DNA from: Bordetella parapertussis
Lineage (GTDB): Bacteria > Pseudomonadota > Gammaproteobacteria > Burkholderiales > Burkholderiaceae_C
DNA: 58,966 bases
Direction of reading: 5' to 3'
Assembly (NCBI GenBank): GCA_945875935.1
Contig: CAMCNE010000001.1
Span: 1 to 58,966 of the forward strand
The position numbers and the translations under genes were made by a program. The notes below the pieces were generated by a model that was not told the origin of the DNA, made no database searches, and worked only from the letters and a program-made list of their open reading frames with translations. This document shows positions 28,206 to 36,941 of the stretch, in pieces (position 1 is the first letter of the stretch; each line of letters opens with the position of its first letter).

Positions 28206-29336
28206 TCAGCTGACACGCGGCCGCGCGAGGATGCGCAGATCGCATCCGACGCGCTCGATGTCATGGAAGCGCAGCTGGGGGGCGTGCGCCAGCGAGGCCA
28301 GCGGGCCGAACGCCGCCATGTCCAGGCCGCTGCCCAGCAGCTTGGGCGCGAGGTAGATCAGGTATTCATCGACCAGGCCTTCGTGCACCAGCGAGCCGTT
28401 GAGTTGGCCGCCGGCCTCGACGTGCAGCTCGTTGATGCCGCGCCGTGCCAGATCGGCCAGCATCGCCGTCAGGTCGACCTGGCCGTGTGCGCTGGCCATG
28501 TCGACGACCTCGATGCCGTGGGCGGTGAAGGCCTGCAGCCGATCGGCCGGTGGCCGCGCCGCGTACACCAATACCGAGTCGGGCTTTTGATAGATGCGTG
28601 CGGCCAGCGGCGACCTCAGCTGCGAATCGAGCACCACGCGCAGCGGTTGTCGTGGCGTGGGCACCAGCCGCACATCGAGTTGGGGATCGTCGTGGATCAG
28701 CGTGCCCGATCCGGTGAGCACCGCTCCGGCGCGACGCCGAAACGCGTGACCGTCGGCCCGCGCGGCCTCGCTGGTGATCCATTGGCTGCGCCCGTCGCCG
28801 AGCGCGGTGCGCCCGTCGAGCGAGGCCGCCACCTTGAGCCGCACCCAAGGGCGGCCGCGCAGCATGCGCGAGAAAAAGCCGATGTTCAGCTCGTGCGCCG
28901 CGTCGGCTTCGACGCCGGCAATCACCTCGATGCCCGCGGCGCGAAGGCGGGCTGCGCCCTGGCCGGCGACCAGCGGGTTGGGGTCTTCGATGGCCATCAC
29001 CACCCGGCCCACGCCGGCTTGCACCAGCGCGTCGCAGCAAGGCGGCGTGCGGCCGTGATGGGCGCACGGCTCGAGCGTGACGATGACCGTGGCGCCGCGC
29101 ACCGAGTGGCCGTGGGCGGCGGCATCGCGCAGCGCCATCACCTCGGCATGCGGCCCGCCGGCTTGCTGGGTGTGACCGCGGCCGATCACCGTGCCGTCGT
29201 CGGACACGATCAGGCAGCCCACGCGCGGGTTGGGCTCGCTCAGCGCCACCGCATCGGCGGCGAGCCACAACGCCTCGCGCATCCAGTGTGCGTGGGCGTC
29301 GTCGGCCTGACTGTCGGTGTCGGGCGTGGGGGTCAT
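28206..29336 (-). CDS. ribD: Bifunctional riboflavin biosynthesis deaminase/reductase RibD
   Basis: Deaminase zinc motif HAEVMAL...PCAHHGRTPPCC, followed by the reductase domain. Confidence 0.9.
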   Translation of the reverse strand: MTPTPDTDSQADDAHAHWMREALWLAADAVALSEPNPRVGCLIVSDDGTVIGRGHTQQAGGPHAEVMALRDAAAHGHSVRGATVIVTLEPCAHHGRTPPCCDALVQAGVGRVVMAIEDPNPLVAGQGAARLRAAGIEVIAGVEADAAHELNIGFFSRMLRGRPWVRLKVAASLDGRTALGDGRSQWITSEAARADGHAFRRRAGAVLTGSGTLIHDDPQLDVRLVPTPRQPLRVVLDSQLRSPLAARIYQKPDSVLVYAARPPADRLQAFTAHGIEVVDMASAHGQVDLTAMLADLARRGINELHVEAGGQLNGSLVHEGLVDEYLIYLAPKLLGSGLDMAAFGPLASLAHAPQLRFHDIERVGCDLRILARPRVS

Positions 29337-29354
29337 GGAGTTCGCGGTCCGGTC

Positions 29355-30617
29355 TCAGGGTTGGTGGGCAACGGTGGTGACAGGGGCGGTGGCCGCAGCC
29401 TTGAGATCGATTGTCGCGGCAGCCTCTGTGGGGCAGGCGAGATCTCCGCGTATCACCAGAAAGTTTTGTTGCTGCAGCGGAGCGTCGACGTTGCGGTAGA
29501 CCGACGGGTGTTCGTCGTTGCGGTCGATGGCACCGCTGCCGTCGAGGTCGTTCACGTAACGGCACACCCGCCGCTGCGTCGGCGCGGTGCCTATCGTCCA
29601 GCCCACGGGCACCAACACGCTCTGGCCCGACCAGCGCGGCGGATCGCCGGCGGCCACCACCACGCAGCGGTAGGCCACGAAGCGCTCGCCGGTGTCCTGC
29701 CAGAACGCCAGGCCGCGGCTGGCCGGTGTGGCGTCGAGCGCCACCGCCTCGCGGTGCACGCCATCGGCAGCGCGGTAGATCACGGTTTTTTGCGGCTCGG
29801 CGTTGCACCACGGCGAGGCCGGCGCGAGCATGCCCGGCAGCCCGACCGACAGCGCGAGTTCGAGCGGCGTGTCGTTGGCAGCCACCGGGTCGGGCGGGTC
29901 GGCGTTCGAAAAGCGCACCGTGCCACCGAGCAGCAGCGCCTTGAATTCGACGCACTGCGTCAGGTGTTCGGCCCGCAGGTCTGCGCTGGCCACCTCGGCC
30001 GGCACGCCGGTGCACTGCTCGACGACCTGTGCGGTGGCGACGTCGACCACGAAGGCGATGGTGGCCGAGGCCGTGGGCTTGAAGGCGCTGCGCCGCTCGT
30101 CGATGGGCGTGGCCGATGAGGGCAGGGCGTTGGCGAGCGCGCTGCCACTGAGCGCTCCGCGCAGGCTCGGCACCAAAGTGAGCGCGCCCGACAAGACGGG
30201 ATCTTGCGTCGACAGGGCCGACACGAGCACCGCTTGCTGCGTCGAGCCCTCGCGGCCTTGCCAGGTGATGTCCACGGTGGTCGAAGGCAGCAAGGCATTT
30301 GCCTCATCCACCTCACGACTCAAATGGAACACGGTGTTGAAGCGCTGCCCCGCCACGTCGGCGATCGTGCGCGAGCCTGAAGTCGACGGCTTTGAACCCG
30401 AGATGCGGTGGGCTTCGATCTCGTCGTGCGCCAGGCGAACTGCCTCGGAGCGCTGCCGTGCGGTGTCAGCGTGGGCCTGCAGCTGTCGATGCAGCTGGCC
30501 CATGCCCACCACGCCCAGGGACAGCACGAGCAGCGAGAACAGCACCTCGAGCAGGCTGACGCCGCGATGTGTGCGGCGCGCAGCGCGCGGCGATCGGGCC
30601 GGGACATGGTGCTGCAT
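29355..30617 (-). CDS. PilV-like prepilin-type minor pilin with a ~280-aa C-terminal extension
   Basis: Class III signal RG|VSLLEVLFSLLVLSLGVVG. The first ~140 aa are PilV-like and the remainder matches no family I recognise. EF-hand-type loop DLDGSGAIDRND lies near the C-terminus. The ATG overlaps the stop of the upstream gene by 1 nt. Confidence 0.6.
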   Translation of the reverse strand: MQHHVPARSPRAARRTHRGVSLLEVLFSLLVLSLGVVGMGQLHRQLQAHADTARQRSEAVRLAHDEIEAHRISGSKPSTSGSRTIADVAGQRFNTVFHLSREVDEANALLPSTTVDITWQGREGSTQQAVLVSALSTQDPVLSGALTLVPSLRGALSGSALANALPSSATPIDERRSAFKPTASATIAFVVDVATAQVVEQCTGVPAEVASADLRAEHLTQCVEFKALLLGGTVRFSNADPPDPVAANDTPLELALSVGLPGMLAPASPWCNAEPQKTVIYRAADGVHREAVALDATPASRGLAFWQDTGERFVAYRCVVVAAGDPPRWSGQSVLVPVGWTIGTAPTQRRVCRYVNDLDGSGAIDRNDEHPSVYRNVDAPLQQQNFLVIRGDLACPTEAAATIDLKAAATAPVTTVAHQP

Positions 30618-31909
30618 CAGAAGTCTTTCCAGCTGCCCGGCACCTGCGCGAAGCTGCCGGTGTGCACCTGCAAGGCACGCAGCACGCCGGTGTCGCGGTG
30701 CAGGTCGGGCGCGCCGTTGCCCGAGTAGCCCGACTCGGACACCACCGCGCCGTGAACACTCGCCTGCGGTGCTGTGGCGGCGTCCCAGCGAACGCTCGCC
30801 GCGTAGAGCAGACCGTGCACGGTGACATCGCCACTGAGCACGGCTGCGCCGTGGACCACGATGAGCACCGGCTGCTCGGGCGAGCCCAAGGTGATCGGGC
30901 CGTCAAGCGTCGCGTCGCCATCGATGGAAATCATGCGGTTGCTTCCCGTGGTCTCGATGGCAGCAGCCAGGCGCGCGCCGCACGCGAAGCTGCAGTCGAG
31001 CTGCTGCACCGCGCCATGGCGGCGCCAACTCGCGCGGTCCAACCCGAATTGCGCCGCGAACAGCCTGTCGGGCGTGAGTGCGGCCAACGCGGCGTCGTGC
31101 GTCGATGCCGAGGCCTGGGCGGGGCTGCCCGGCGCGCTGCCCAGGCGCAGCGCCGTGCCGATCAGGCTGCCACCGGCGTGCACCGACACGCCGCCACTGG
31201 CGGCATCGGCGTTGTGCACGCCCAGCGCAGCGTCACCGGCGTCGACCGACTCGCGCGCCGTGAGCGCCGCCTGCGGCAGCACCGACACACCGGGCAGCAG
31301 CGCCAGCAGCACCTGCAGCCGCACCACCGAATCGGCCCGACTGTCATGTCCGGGCCGGCACGGCCCCGCGGCGTTGGAGCAACCGGTGGCGGTCAGCCGC
31401 ACCAGACCTGGCAGCGGCTCGGCAGTGAACTGCACGCTGAACGCGGGGCGCGGCGTGATGTCATCGCCCGCCGTGGCTGGAAACTGCGGGAACCCGCTCG
31501 AGGGGCATGCGCACGACCACGACCCGGCCGTGCGCAGGCACCCCGGCTGCAAGGCCAGGCTTTGCGAGCCGCTGGCCCAGCGCCTGGGTTCGTGGTGGCC
31601 AGAGGCGGTGTCTGAGGCCAAAAAGCGCTCGCGAAAAGACCGGCTGCCAGCTGAGTCCCCCTGCTCGCAGCGGTCGTCGACCGGCCGTGCCTGATTGAGC
31701 CGGGCGACGGCCCAATCGATGCCCGACTGCGCGGCCTCGAAGGCCTGAGCCTCGCGGTACTGATTGGCCGACAAGCGCTGTTCGAGCAGCAAGCTGCGGT
31801 GCGCGTAGGCGGCGGTCATCAGCATGGCAAACAGCAGCACCAGGCTGACGGCGAGCGTGGCGGCACCGCGCTGTCGGGCAAGGTGGATCGGGGCGTGAGC
31901 GCGCTGCAT
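30617..31909 (-). CDS. PilX-like pilus assembly protein (430 aa)
   Basis: Start at MQRAHAPIHLARQRGAATLAVSLVLLFAMLMTAAYAHRSLLLEQR (PilX N-terminal type). It lies 10 nt after the pilW-like stop. Confidence 0.6.
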   Translation of the reverse strand: MQRAHAPIHLARQRGAATLAVSLVLLFAMLMTAAYAHRSLLLEQRLSANQYREAQAFEAAQSGIDWAVARLNQARPVDDRCEQGDSAGSRSFRERFLASDTASGHHEPRRWASGSQSLALQPGCLRTAGSWSCACPSSGFPQFPATAGDDITPRPAFSVQFTAEPLPGLVRLTATGCSNAAGPCRPGHDSRADSVVRLQVLLALLPGVSVLPQAALTARESVDAGDAALGVHNADAASGGVSVHAGGSLIGTALRLGSAPGSPAQASASTHDAALAALTPDRLFAAQFGLDRASWRRHGAVQQLDCSFACGARLAAAIETTGSNRMISIDGDATLDGPITLGSPEQPVLIVVHGAAVLSGDVTVHGLLYAASVRWDAATAPQASVHGAVVSESGYSGNGAPDLHRDTGVLRALQVHTGSFAQVPGSWKDF

Positions 31910-31919
31910 CGGCCGGCTT

Positions 31920-32624
31920 TCAAACGGGGCAGCGCCCGGTGATCTCGTCGTTGCGCAGCCGCACCTCGGCGCGCGAAGTGCGCACGGCGCTGGCATCGGC
32001 CGCGCTGTGCGCTGCGACCGTCACGATCACGCTGCGCAGCGTCTGGCGTGGCGGGCAGGCGGTATCGCCCGCGGCGCAGTCTGTGCTGCACAGCGCGCCC
32101 AGATCGATCACGGTTTCAGCCGGCGTGAATTCGAGCGCGGCGACTTTCATGAGGCTCGCGTCCGTCATCGCCTGCCAACTGCCGCCGCCCAGGCGCATCT
32201 CGATCACTTGGTTGCGCAGCCTGAAGCCGAACTGCTCGTTGCTGTCGATGCTGTGGTTTTCGACACTGTCGCGCGAGTAGTGCAGGGTCAGGGCGCCAGC
32301 TGGTGCGGGTGCGGTGTCGATGGCGGCATAGGGGTTGGCGGCGACCGTGCGATCGGGTGGCGGCGCATCGCGCAGCCAAACCCCGGCGCCCGAGTCGGCC
32401 CAATGGCCGGCTCGGCGCAAGTCGCGCGCGATCAGGCTGGTGGTGCTGCGCAGGTCCTGGATCAGGCGGTTGTGTTCGATCAACGCGCGGCTTTCCTTCA
32501 GATGGGCCATCAGCACGCCGATGCCCGCGCCCACCAGCAGCACGCCGAGGGCCGAGCCGATCAGCAGTTCGATCAGCGACAGGCCGCGTTGCCGGCCGAT
32601 GGGGTTGGTGGGCTGCCGGGCCAT
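31920..32624 (-). CDS. PilW-like prepilin-type minor pilin
   Basis: RG|LSLIELLIGSALGVLLVGAG class III signal, followed by a PilW-like body (234 aa). Confidence 0.65.
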   Translation of the reverse strand: MARQPTNPIGRQRGLSLIELLIGSALGVLLVGAGIGVLMAHLKESRALIEHNRLIQDLRSTTSLIARDLRRAGHWADSGAGVWLRDAPPPDRTVAANPYAAIDTAPAPAGALTLHYSRDSVENHSIDSNEQFGFRLRNQVIEMRLGGGSWQAMTDASLMKVAALEFTPAETVIDLGALCSTDCAAGDTACPPRQTLRSVIVTVAAHSAADASAVRTSRAEVRLRNDEITGRCPV

Positions 32625-32625
32625 C

Positions 32626-33096
32626 TCACTGACCCCAGCAGCGGCGGTTGACCGACGACGGGTTGCTGGTGGACTCGGTCTCGCCCGAGGCGTAGGTGAG
32701 GTTGAGCCCGTCCATCGTCAGCCGCAACTGTTGGCATGCGGTGTCACGGCGTTGGGCACCGACCGCCACCGCGCGCACCGAGTAGCCGCTGGGCGATGCA
32801 GACTCGACGACGATGTCGTAATGGCCCGCCGCAGACGTGCTGGCCAGACCCAGCTGGCTCAGCTCGCCGTAGGCCTCATGGTTGGCGCGAAAGCGCTCCT
32901 GCGCCGTTTGCACCGTCATGAGAGCGACCAGCGCATCCGAGCGTCTGGCGGCGGCCAGCGTGCTGCTGAAGGCCGGGTAGGCGATCGATGACAAGATGCC
33001 CACGACGCTCAGGCTGAACACCATTTCCAGCAGGCTGAAGCCTGATTGGAAGGGCCGCCGCGTTGACGGTTGGAAGCGTGAAGAGGGTGTGTTCAT
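32626..33096 (-). CDS. Type IV pilin-like protein (PilE-type, 156 aa)
   Basis: Start at MNTPSS. QSG|FSLLEMVFSLSVVGILSSIAYPAF with Glu at +5, and a C-terminal Cys pair (ACQQL...RRCW). Confidence 0.65.
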   Translation of the reverse strand: MNTPSSRFQPSTRRPFQSGFSLLEMVFSLSVVGILSSIAYPAFSSTLAAARRSDALVALMTVQTAQERFRANHEAYGELSQLGLASTSAAGHYDIVVESASPSGYSVRAVAVGAQRRDTACQQLRLTMDGLNLTYASGETESTSNPSSVNRRCWGQ

Positions 33097-33128
33097 GGGT
33101 CTTGCTCGGCTGTTGAAGGCAGGCGAAA

Positions 33129-33683
33129 TCAGCATGCGGGATAGCCGGCCAGCGCCGGACCGGGTGTCGTCGGGGTGCAGGTGCGCACACGCCCGAGCAC
33201 GTTCACCACATGGGAAATGGCGCGGCCCGAGGTGGCTGAAACTTTCAGGGTGCCTGCGGGCGTGGCGGTGGCGTGCAGCGGGTCGAAAACCATTGAGCTG
33301 ACGTTGGACTGCACGCGCAGCCGGCTCGATGACGACAGCGCCACCGTCTTGAACGCCACCGCGTCGGCCTCGCACATCGGTGTGTTTGACTCGGCTTCGC
33401 AGCGGCACTGGTTGCGCGCACCGGTGTGCATCACGTAGCAGCTGCCGCCGGTGCTTTCGTAAAAGCTCAGCCGCAGCGTTTCGTTGCGCGCGGCGGCTTC
33501 GCTGCGCAGCCACTGCACATCGCTTGCGAGTTGCGTGGCCAGCCCGGCGAGTCGCTGACGCTCGAGCAACCCGGTCAAATCGGGTGCGGCGGCGCACAGC
33601 AAGATGGCGGCGACGGCCACCGTGACCGCCGATTCGATCAGCGTCAGGCCGCGTTGTGGGTGGCAAGGGTGCAGTGAGTCCAT
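33129..33683 (-). CDS. GspH/FimT-family pseudopilin
   Basis: RG|LTLIESAVTVAVAAILL class III signal and the FimT/GspH-type region LASDVQWLRSEAAARNETLRLSF. Confidence 0.65.
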   Translation of the reverse strand: MDSLHPCHPQRGLTLIESAVTVAVAAILLCAAAPDLTGLLERQRLAGLATQLASDVQWLRSEAAARNETLRLSFYESTGGSCYVMHTGARNQCRCEAESNTPMCEADAVAFKTVALSSSSRLRVQSNVSSMVFDPLHATATPAGTLKVSATSGRAISHVVNVLGRVRTCTPTTPGPALAGYPAC

Positions 33684-33771
33684 GGGCTCACTGTAGAAAT
33701 GGCGCTCCGCTTTTGCGATCCCGCAAAAGGGGGCCGCGCGAGTGTTTCTGGGGTGCCCCCGAAAGGGGGTG

Positions 33772-34215
33772 TCAGATGTCGCGGATCAGCTGGCGAAAGG
33801 CGTCGACGTCTTCGAAGCTGCGGTAGACCGACGCAAAGCGCACATAGGCGACCTTGTCGATGCGCTTGAGTTCGCGCATCACCAGCTCGCCCAGGCGGGT
33901 CGACGGCACTTCGCGCGCGCCGCTGCCGAGCAGCTTTTCCTGGATGCGATCGATGGCGGCGTCGATCTGCTCGACGCTGACCGGGCGCTTGCGCAGCGCC
34001 AGCGTCATCGACGCGCGGATCTTGGTCATGTCGAAATCAGCGCGTGTGCCGTCTTTCTTGATGACCGACGGCAGCGCGATTTCGGCGCGCTCGTAGGTGG
34101 TGAAGCGCTTGTCGCAGCTTTGGCAGCGCCGGCGTCGGCGAACCACGTCGCCTTCGTCAGATTCGCGCGTCTCGGCGACTTGCGTTTCAGCGTGGCTGCA
34201 GTAGGGGCAACGCAT
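33772..34215 (-). CDS. nrdR: Transcriptional repressor NrdR
   Basis: MRCPYCSH...[13 protein letters not shown] zinc ribbon plus an ATP-cone domain. Confidence 0.9.
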   Translation of the reverse strand: MRCPYCSHAETQVAETRESDEGDVVRRRRRCQSCDKRFTTYERAEIALPSVIKKDGTRADFDMTKIRASMTLALRKRPVSVEQIDAAIDRIQEKLLGSGAREVPSTRLGELVMRELKRIDKVAYVRFASVYRSFEDVDAFRQLIRDI

Positions 34216-34268
34216 GCGATGAAGCCGGCGGCCGGATCAGTCGGGCTGAGCGATCCGGCCGGCTGTCA

Positions 34269-35519
34269 TCAACGGTAGACCGGAAATTCGCGGGTGAGCG
34301 CCGAGACCTTGGCACGTACCGCCGCCAGATTGGCCTCGTCGTGCGGGTTGTCGAGCACGTCGGCGATCAGGTGAGCTGTGAGGCGCGTTTGCTCTTCCAT
34401 AAAGCCGCGCGTGGTCAGCGCCGGCGTGCCCAGACGGATGCCACTGGTGACCATGGGCTTTTGCGGGTCGTTGGGGATGCCGTTCTTGTTGCAGGTCATG
34501 TGGGCCAGGCCCAGCGCGGCCTCGGCTTCCTTGCCGGTCAGGTTCTTGGGGCGCAGGTCGACCAGCATCACGTGGCTTTCGGTGCGGCCGCTCACGATGC
34601 GCAGGCCGCGCGAGATCAGCGTTTCGGCCAGCACGACGGCATTTTTCAGCACCTGCTGCTGGTACAGCTTGAACTGCGGCGACAGCGCTTCGTGGAAAGC
34701 CACGGCCTTGGCCGCGATGACGTGCATCAGCGGGCCGCCCTGAATGCCAGGGAACACCGCGCTGTTGATCTTCTTGGCGATGTCTTCGTGGTTCGTGAGG
34801 ATGATGCCGCCGCGCGGGCCGCGCAGGCTCTTGTGGGTGGTCGAGGTGACCACGTCGGCGTGCGGCACCGGGTTGGGGTAGACGCCGCCGGCAATCAGCC
34901 CCGAGTAGTGCGCCATGTCGACCAGGAAGTACGCACCGATGTCCTTGGCCACCTTGGCGAAACGCTCGAAATCAATGCGCAGCGAGTAAGCCGACGCGCC
35001 GGCGATGATCAGCTTGGGCTTGTGCTCGTGCGCCAGGCGCTCCATCGCGTCGTAGTCGATCTCTTCCTTGGCATCCAGGCCGTAGCTCACCACCTTGAAC
35101 CATTTGCCGCTCATGTTCAGCGGCATGCCGTGGGTCAGGTGACCGCCTTCGGCCAGGCTCATGCCCATGATGGTGTCGCCCGGCTGCAGCAGCGCAAAGA
35201 ACACCGCCTGATTGGCCTGCGATCCGGAGTTGGCCTGCACGTTCGCAAAGCCCGCGCCGTACAACGCCTTGAGGCGGTCGATGGCGAGCTGCTCGGCCAC
35301 GTCGACGAATTCGCATCCGCCGTAGTAGCGCTTGCCGGGATAGCCCTCGGCGTATTTGTTGGTCAGCTGGCTGCCCTGGGCTGCCATCACCGCCGGCGAG
35401 GTGTAGTTCTCGGAGGCGATCAGCTCGATGTGCTCTTCCTGACGCTGGTTTTCGTTTTGGATGACCGACCAGAGTTCAGGGTCGATGAGAGCAATCGTGG
35501 ACTGGGATCGATCAAACAT
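34269..35519 (-). CDS. glyA: Serine hydroxymethyltransferase
   Basis: [22 protein letters not shown] and [12 protein letters not shown] (PLP lysine) motifs. Confidence 0.95.
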   Translation of the reverse strand: MFDRSQSTIALIDPELWSVIQNENQRQEEHIELIASENYTSPAVMAAQGSQLTNKYAEGYPGKRYYGGCEFVDVAEQLAIDRLKALYGAGFANVQANSGSQANQAVFFALLQPGDTIMGMSLAEGGHLTHGMPLNMSGKWFKVVSYGLDAKEEIDYDAMERLAHEHKPKLIIAGASAYSLRIDFERFAKVAKDIGAYFLVDMAHYSGLIAGGVYPNPVPHADVVTSTTHKSLRGPRGGIILTNHEDIAKKINSAVFPGIQGGPLMHVIAAKAVAFHEALSPQFKLYQQQVLKNAVVLAETLISRGLRIVSGRTESHVMLVDLRPKNLTGKEAEAALGLAHMTCNKNGIPNDPQKPMVTSGIRLGTPALTTRGFMEEQTRLTAHLIADVLDNPHDEANLAAVRAKVSALTREFPVYR

Positions 35520-35529
35520 GTCGGTGGTT

Positions 35530-35710
35530 CTTTACGGCAGAAAACCCAAGGCACAAGGGCGGCGAGCACAGCAAGGCCCTCGGGTTGCCCAGGCGGGCGG
35601 CTTGATGCGTGACCCACGACGAATCGGTCATGGGCACGGCCTCGGTGATCGGTGTCTTGCACCCTGGACCCCACGCTGAGGTCGGGTCACTGCGCCTGTC
35701 ACGCGGCTGT
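35530..35710 (-). promoter_or_regulatory. Candidate ZTP (pfl-motif) riboswitch in the glyA leader
   Basis: On the minus strand: 5' element CGUGACAGGCG and 3' element CCGCCUGGGCA, with CAGGCG/CGCCUG complementary (pseudoknot). A GACCC...GGGUC hairpin lies between them. A downstream AACCCGAGG...CCUUGGGUU-UUCU hairpin shares nucleotides with the 3' aptamer element. Confidence 0.55.
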
Positions 35711-35768
35711 CAGAGTCTACCTGCAGGCCAATGGCCCCACCCCTGTGCGAGGTGATGCCATGCCGCGA

Positions 35769-36683
35769 TCAGCGCAGTGACGCCACCTGGTCAGGCTCGG
35801 CGCTGTCATCGACGTCCTTGTCAGGCTCAGGCTGCTCCACCGAAGGCTTGTCATCGACTGGCGTGGCAGGCGCGGCGCGTGGCGCTGCGCCGTTGGGTGC
35901 ATTGAACGCCACCAGGCGGCCAGAAGCGACCGATCGAAGATGAGACTGCTCGGACTGAACCTTAGACACGTATCCGTCGTCGCTGTCCAGATTGCCCGCT
36001 CCGACATACAGCCGCAGACCGTCCGCGACGCTGCCGCCACGCGCGATGCACTCCTTGAGCACCAGAACGCCCACCCGCAAATTGGTCACCGGATCAAACG
36101 CGGCCATCGTGCCACCGAAGGCCTCGTACTTGTCGTCATGGACACGCGTCATGACCTGCATCAGCCCTTGCGCGCCCACCGGGCTTTGCGCGAAGGGGTT
36201 GAAGCTCGATTCGACGGCCATGATCGCGAGAATCAGCGTCGGGTCCAGCCCGGTCTTGGCGCCGACCTCCCAGGCCTCCACGACCAGACGGCTGATCGGC
36301 TCTGGCGCCACCCGATACCGCTTGGAAAGCCATTGGGCGACCGAGGATTGCATCCGGGTCAAGTCCTTGGGGTCGATGGCAGTGGCACGAGCCACCGCAT
36401 CGGGCTCCCTCAGTTCGTCGGCCATCGCCTCCAGGGCATCGGCCGGTGTTTCATGTCGGGCCTGCAGCCAGGAAAGTGTGTCGAGTTCGAGAGACTGTCG
36501 CAAATCGGCGCGACCGGCCAGAAACACGACCACCGCTACGGCGACCAGCCCAAGCACTGCCAGCGCGTTGTGGCACACCTCGATCGTGCCCTTGACCACG
36601 TCACGCGCAAACACGCCAACCGAAAGCGCGCACTGCGTGAGCACGTGGTGGGCTGTTGAAAAAATCTGGCGAATGATGGACAT
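35769..36683 (-). CDS. Membrane-anchored lytic transglycosylase (SLT domain)
   Basis: Start set at MSIIRQ. One transmembrane segment, SLT catalytic region [27 protein letters not shown], and a low-complexity C-terminal tail. Confidence 0.75.
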   Translation of the reverse strand: MSIIRQIFSTAHHVLTQCALSVGVFARDVVKGTIEVCHNALAVLGLVAVAVVVFLAGRADLRQSLELDTLSWLQARHETPADALEAMADELREPDAVARATAIDPKDLTRMQSSVAQWLSKRYRVAPEPISRLVVEAWEVGAKTGLDPTLILAIMAVESSFNPFAQSPVGAQGLMQVMTRVHDDKYEAFGGTMAAFDPVTNLRVGVLVLKECIARGGSVADGLRLYVGAGNLDSDDGYVSKVQSEQSHLRSVASGRLVAFNAPNGAAPRAAPATPVDDKPSVEQPEPDKDVDDSAEPDQVASLR

Positions 36684-36941
36684 GCCTCGTACCTCCGTGA
36701 GCCCGTGTCGGGAAGAAGCCCGACGGGCTGTGACGCTCGCGGCGACGAACATCATCGTTCGAAGCCACTGGCTTGGCAGACCATATGGGGTCGGCTGCCG
36801 TGCGGCGCAACTCAAAATCCACTCGTTGATTGGGATCCAGGCTGGAGAAAAACCCAAGCCTCATCCAGCGAGCGGGATTCTAGGAATCAAAAATATAACC
36901 GGTCAACCTTTAGCTGGCCGCACTTAACTACTTATGTGTCT

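Noticed and set aside
29337-29354. An FMN (RFN) riboswitch expected upstream of the riboflavin operon.
   Set aside because: Only 18 nt separate the PilV-like stop from the ribD start, which is no room for an aptamer. No RFN-like element was recognised elsewhere in the window.
28263-30119. Long alternative-frame ORFs (618 aa on plus, 549 aa on minus) across ribD and the PilV-like gene.
   Set aside because: Their composition (R/G/A/H/P) is typical of off-frame translation of G+C-rich DNA. RibD and the prepilin ORF in the annotated frames have diagnostic motifs.
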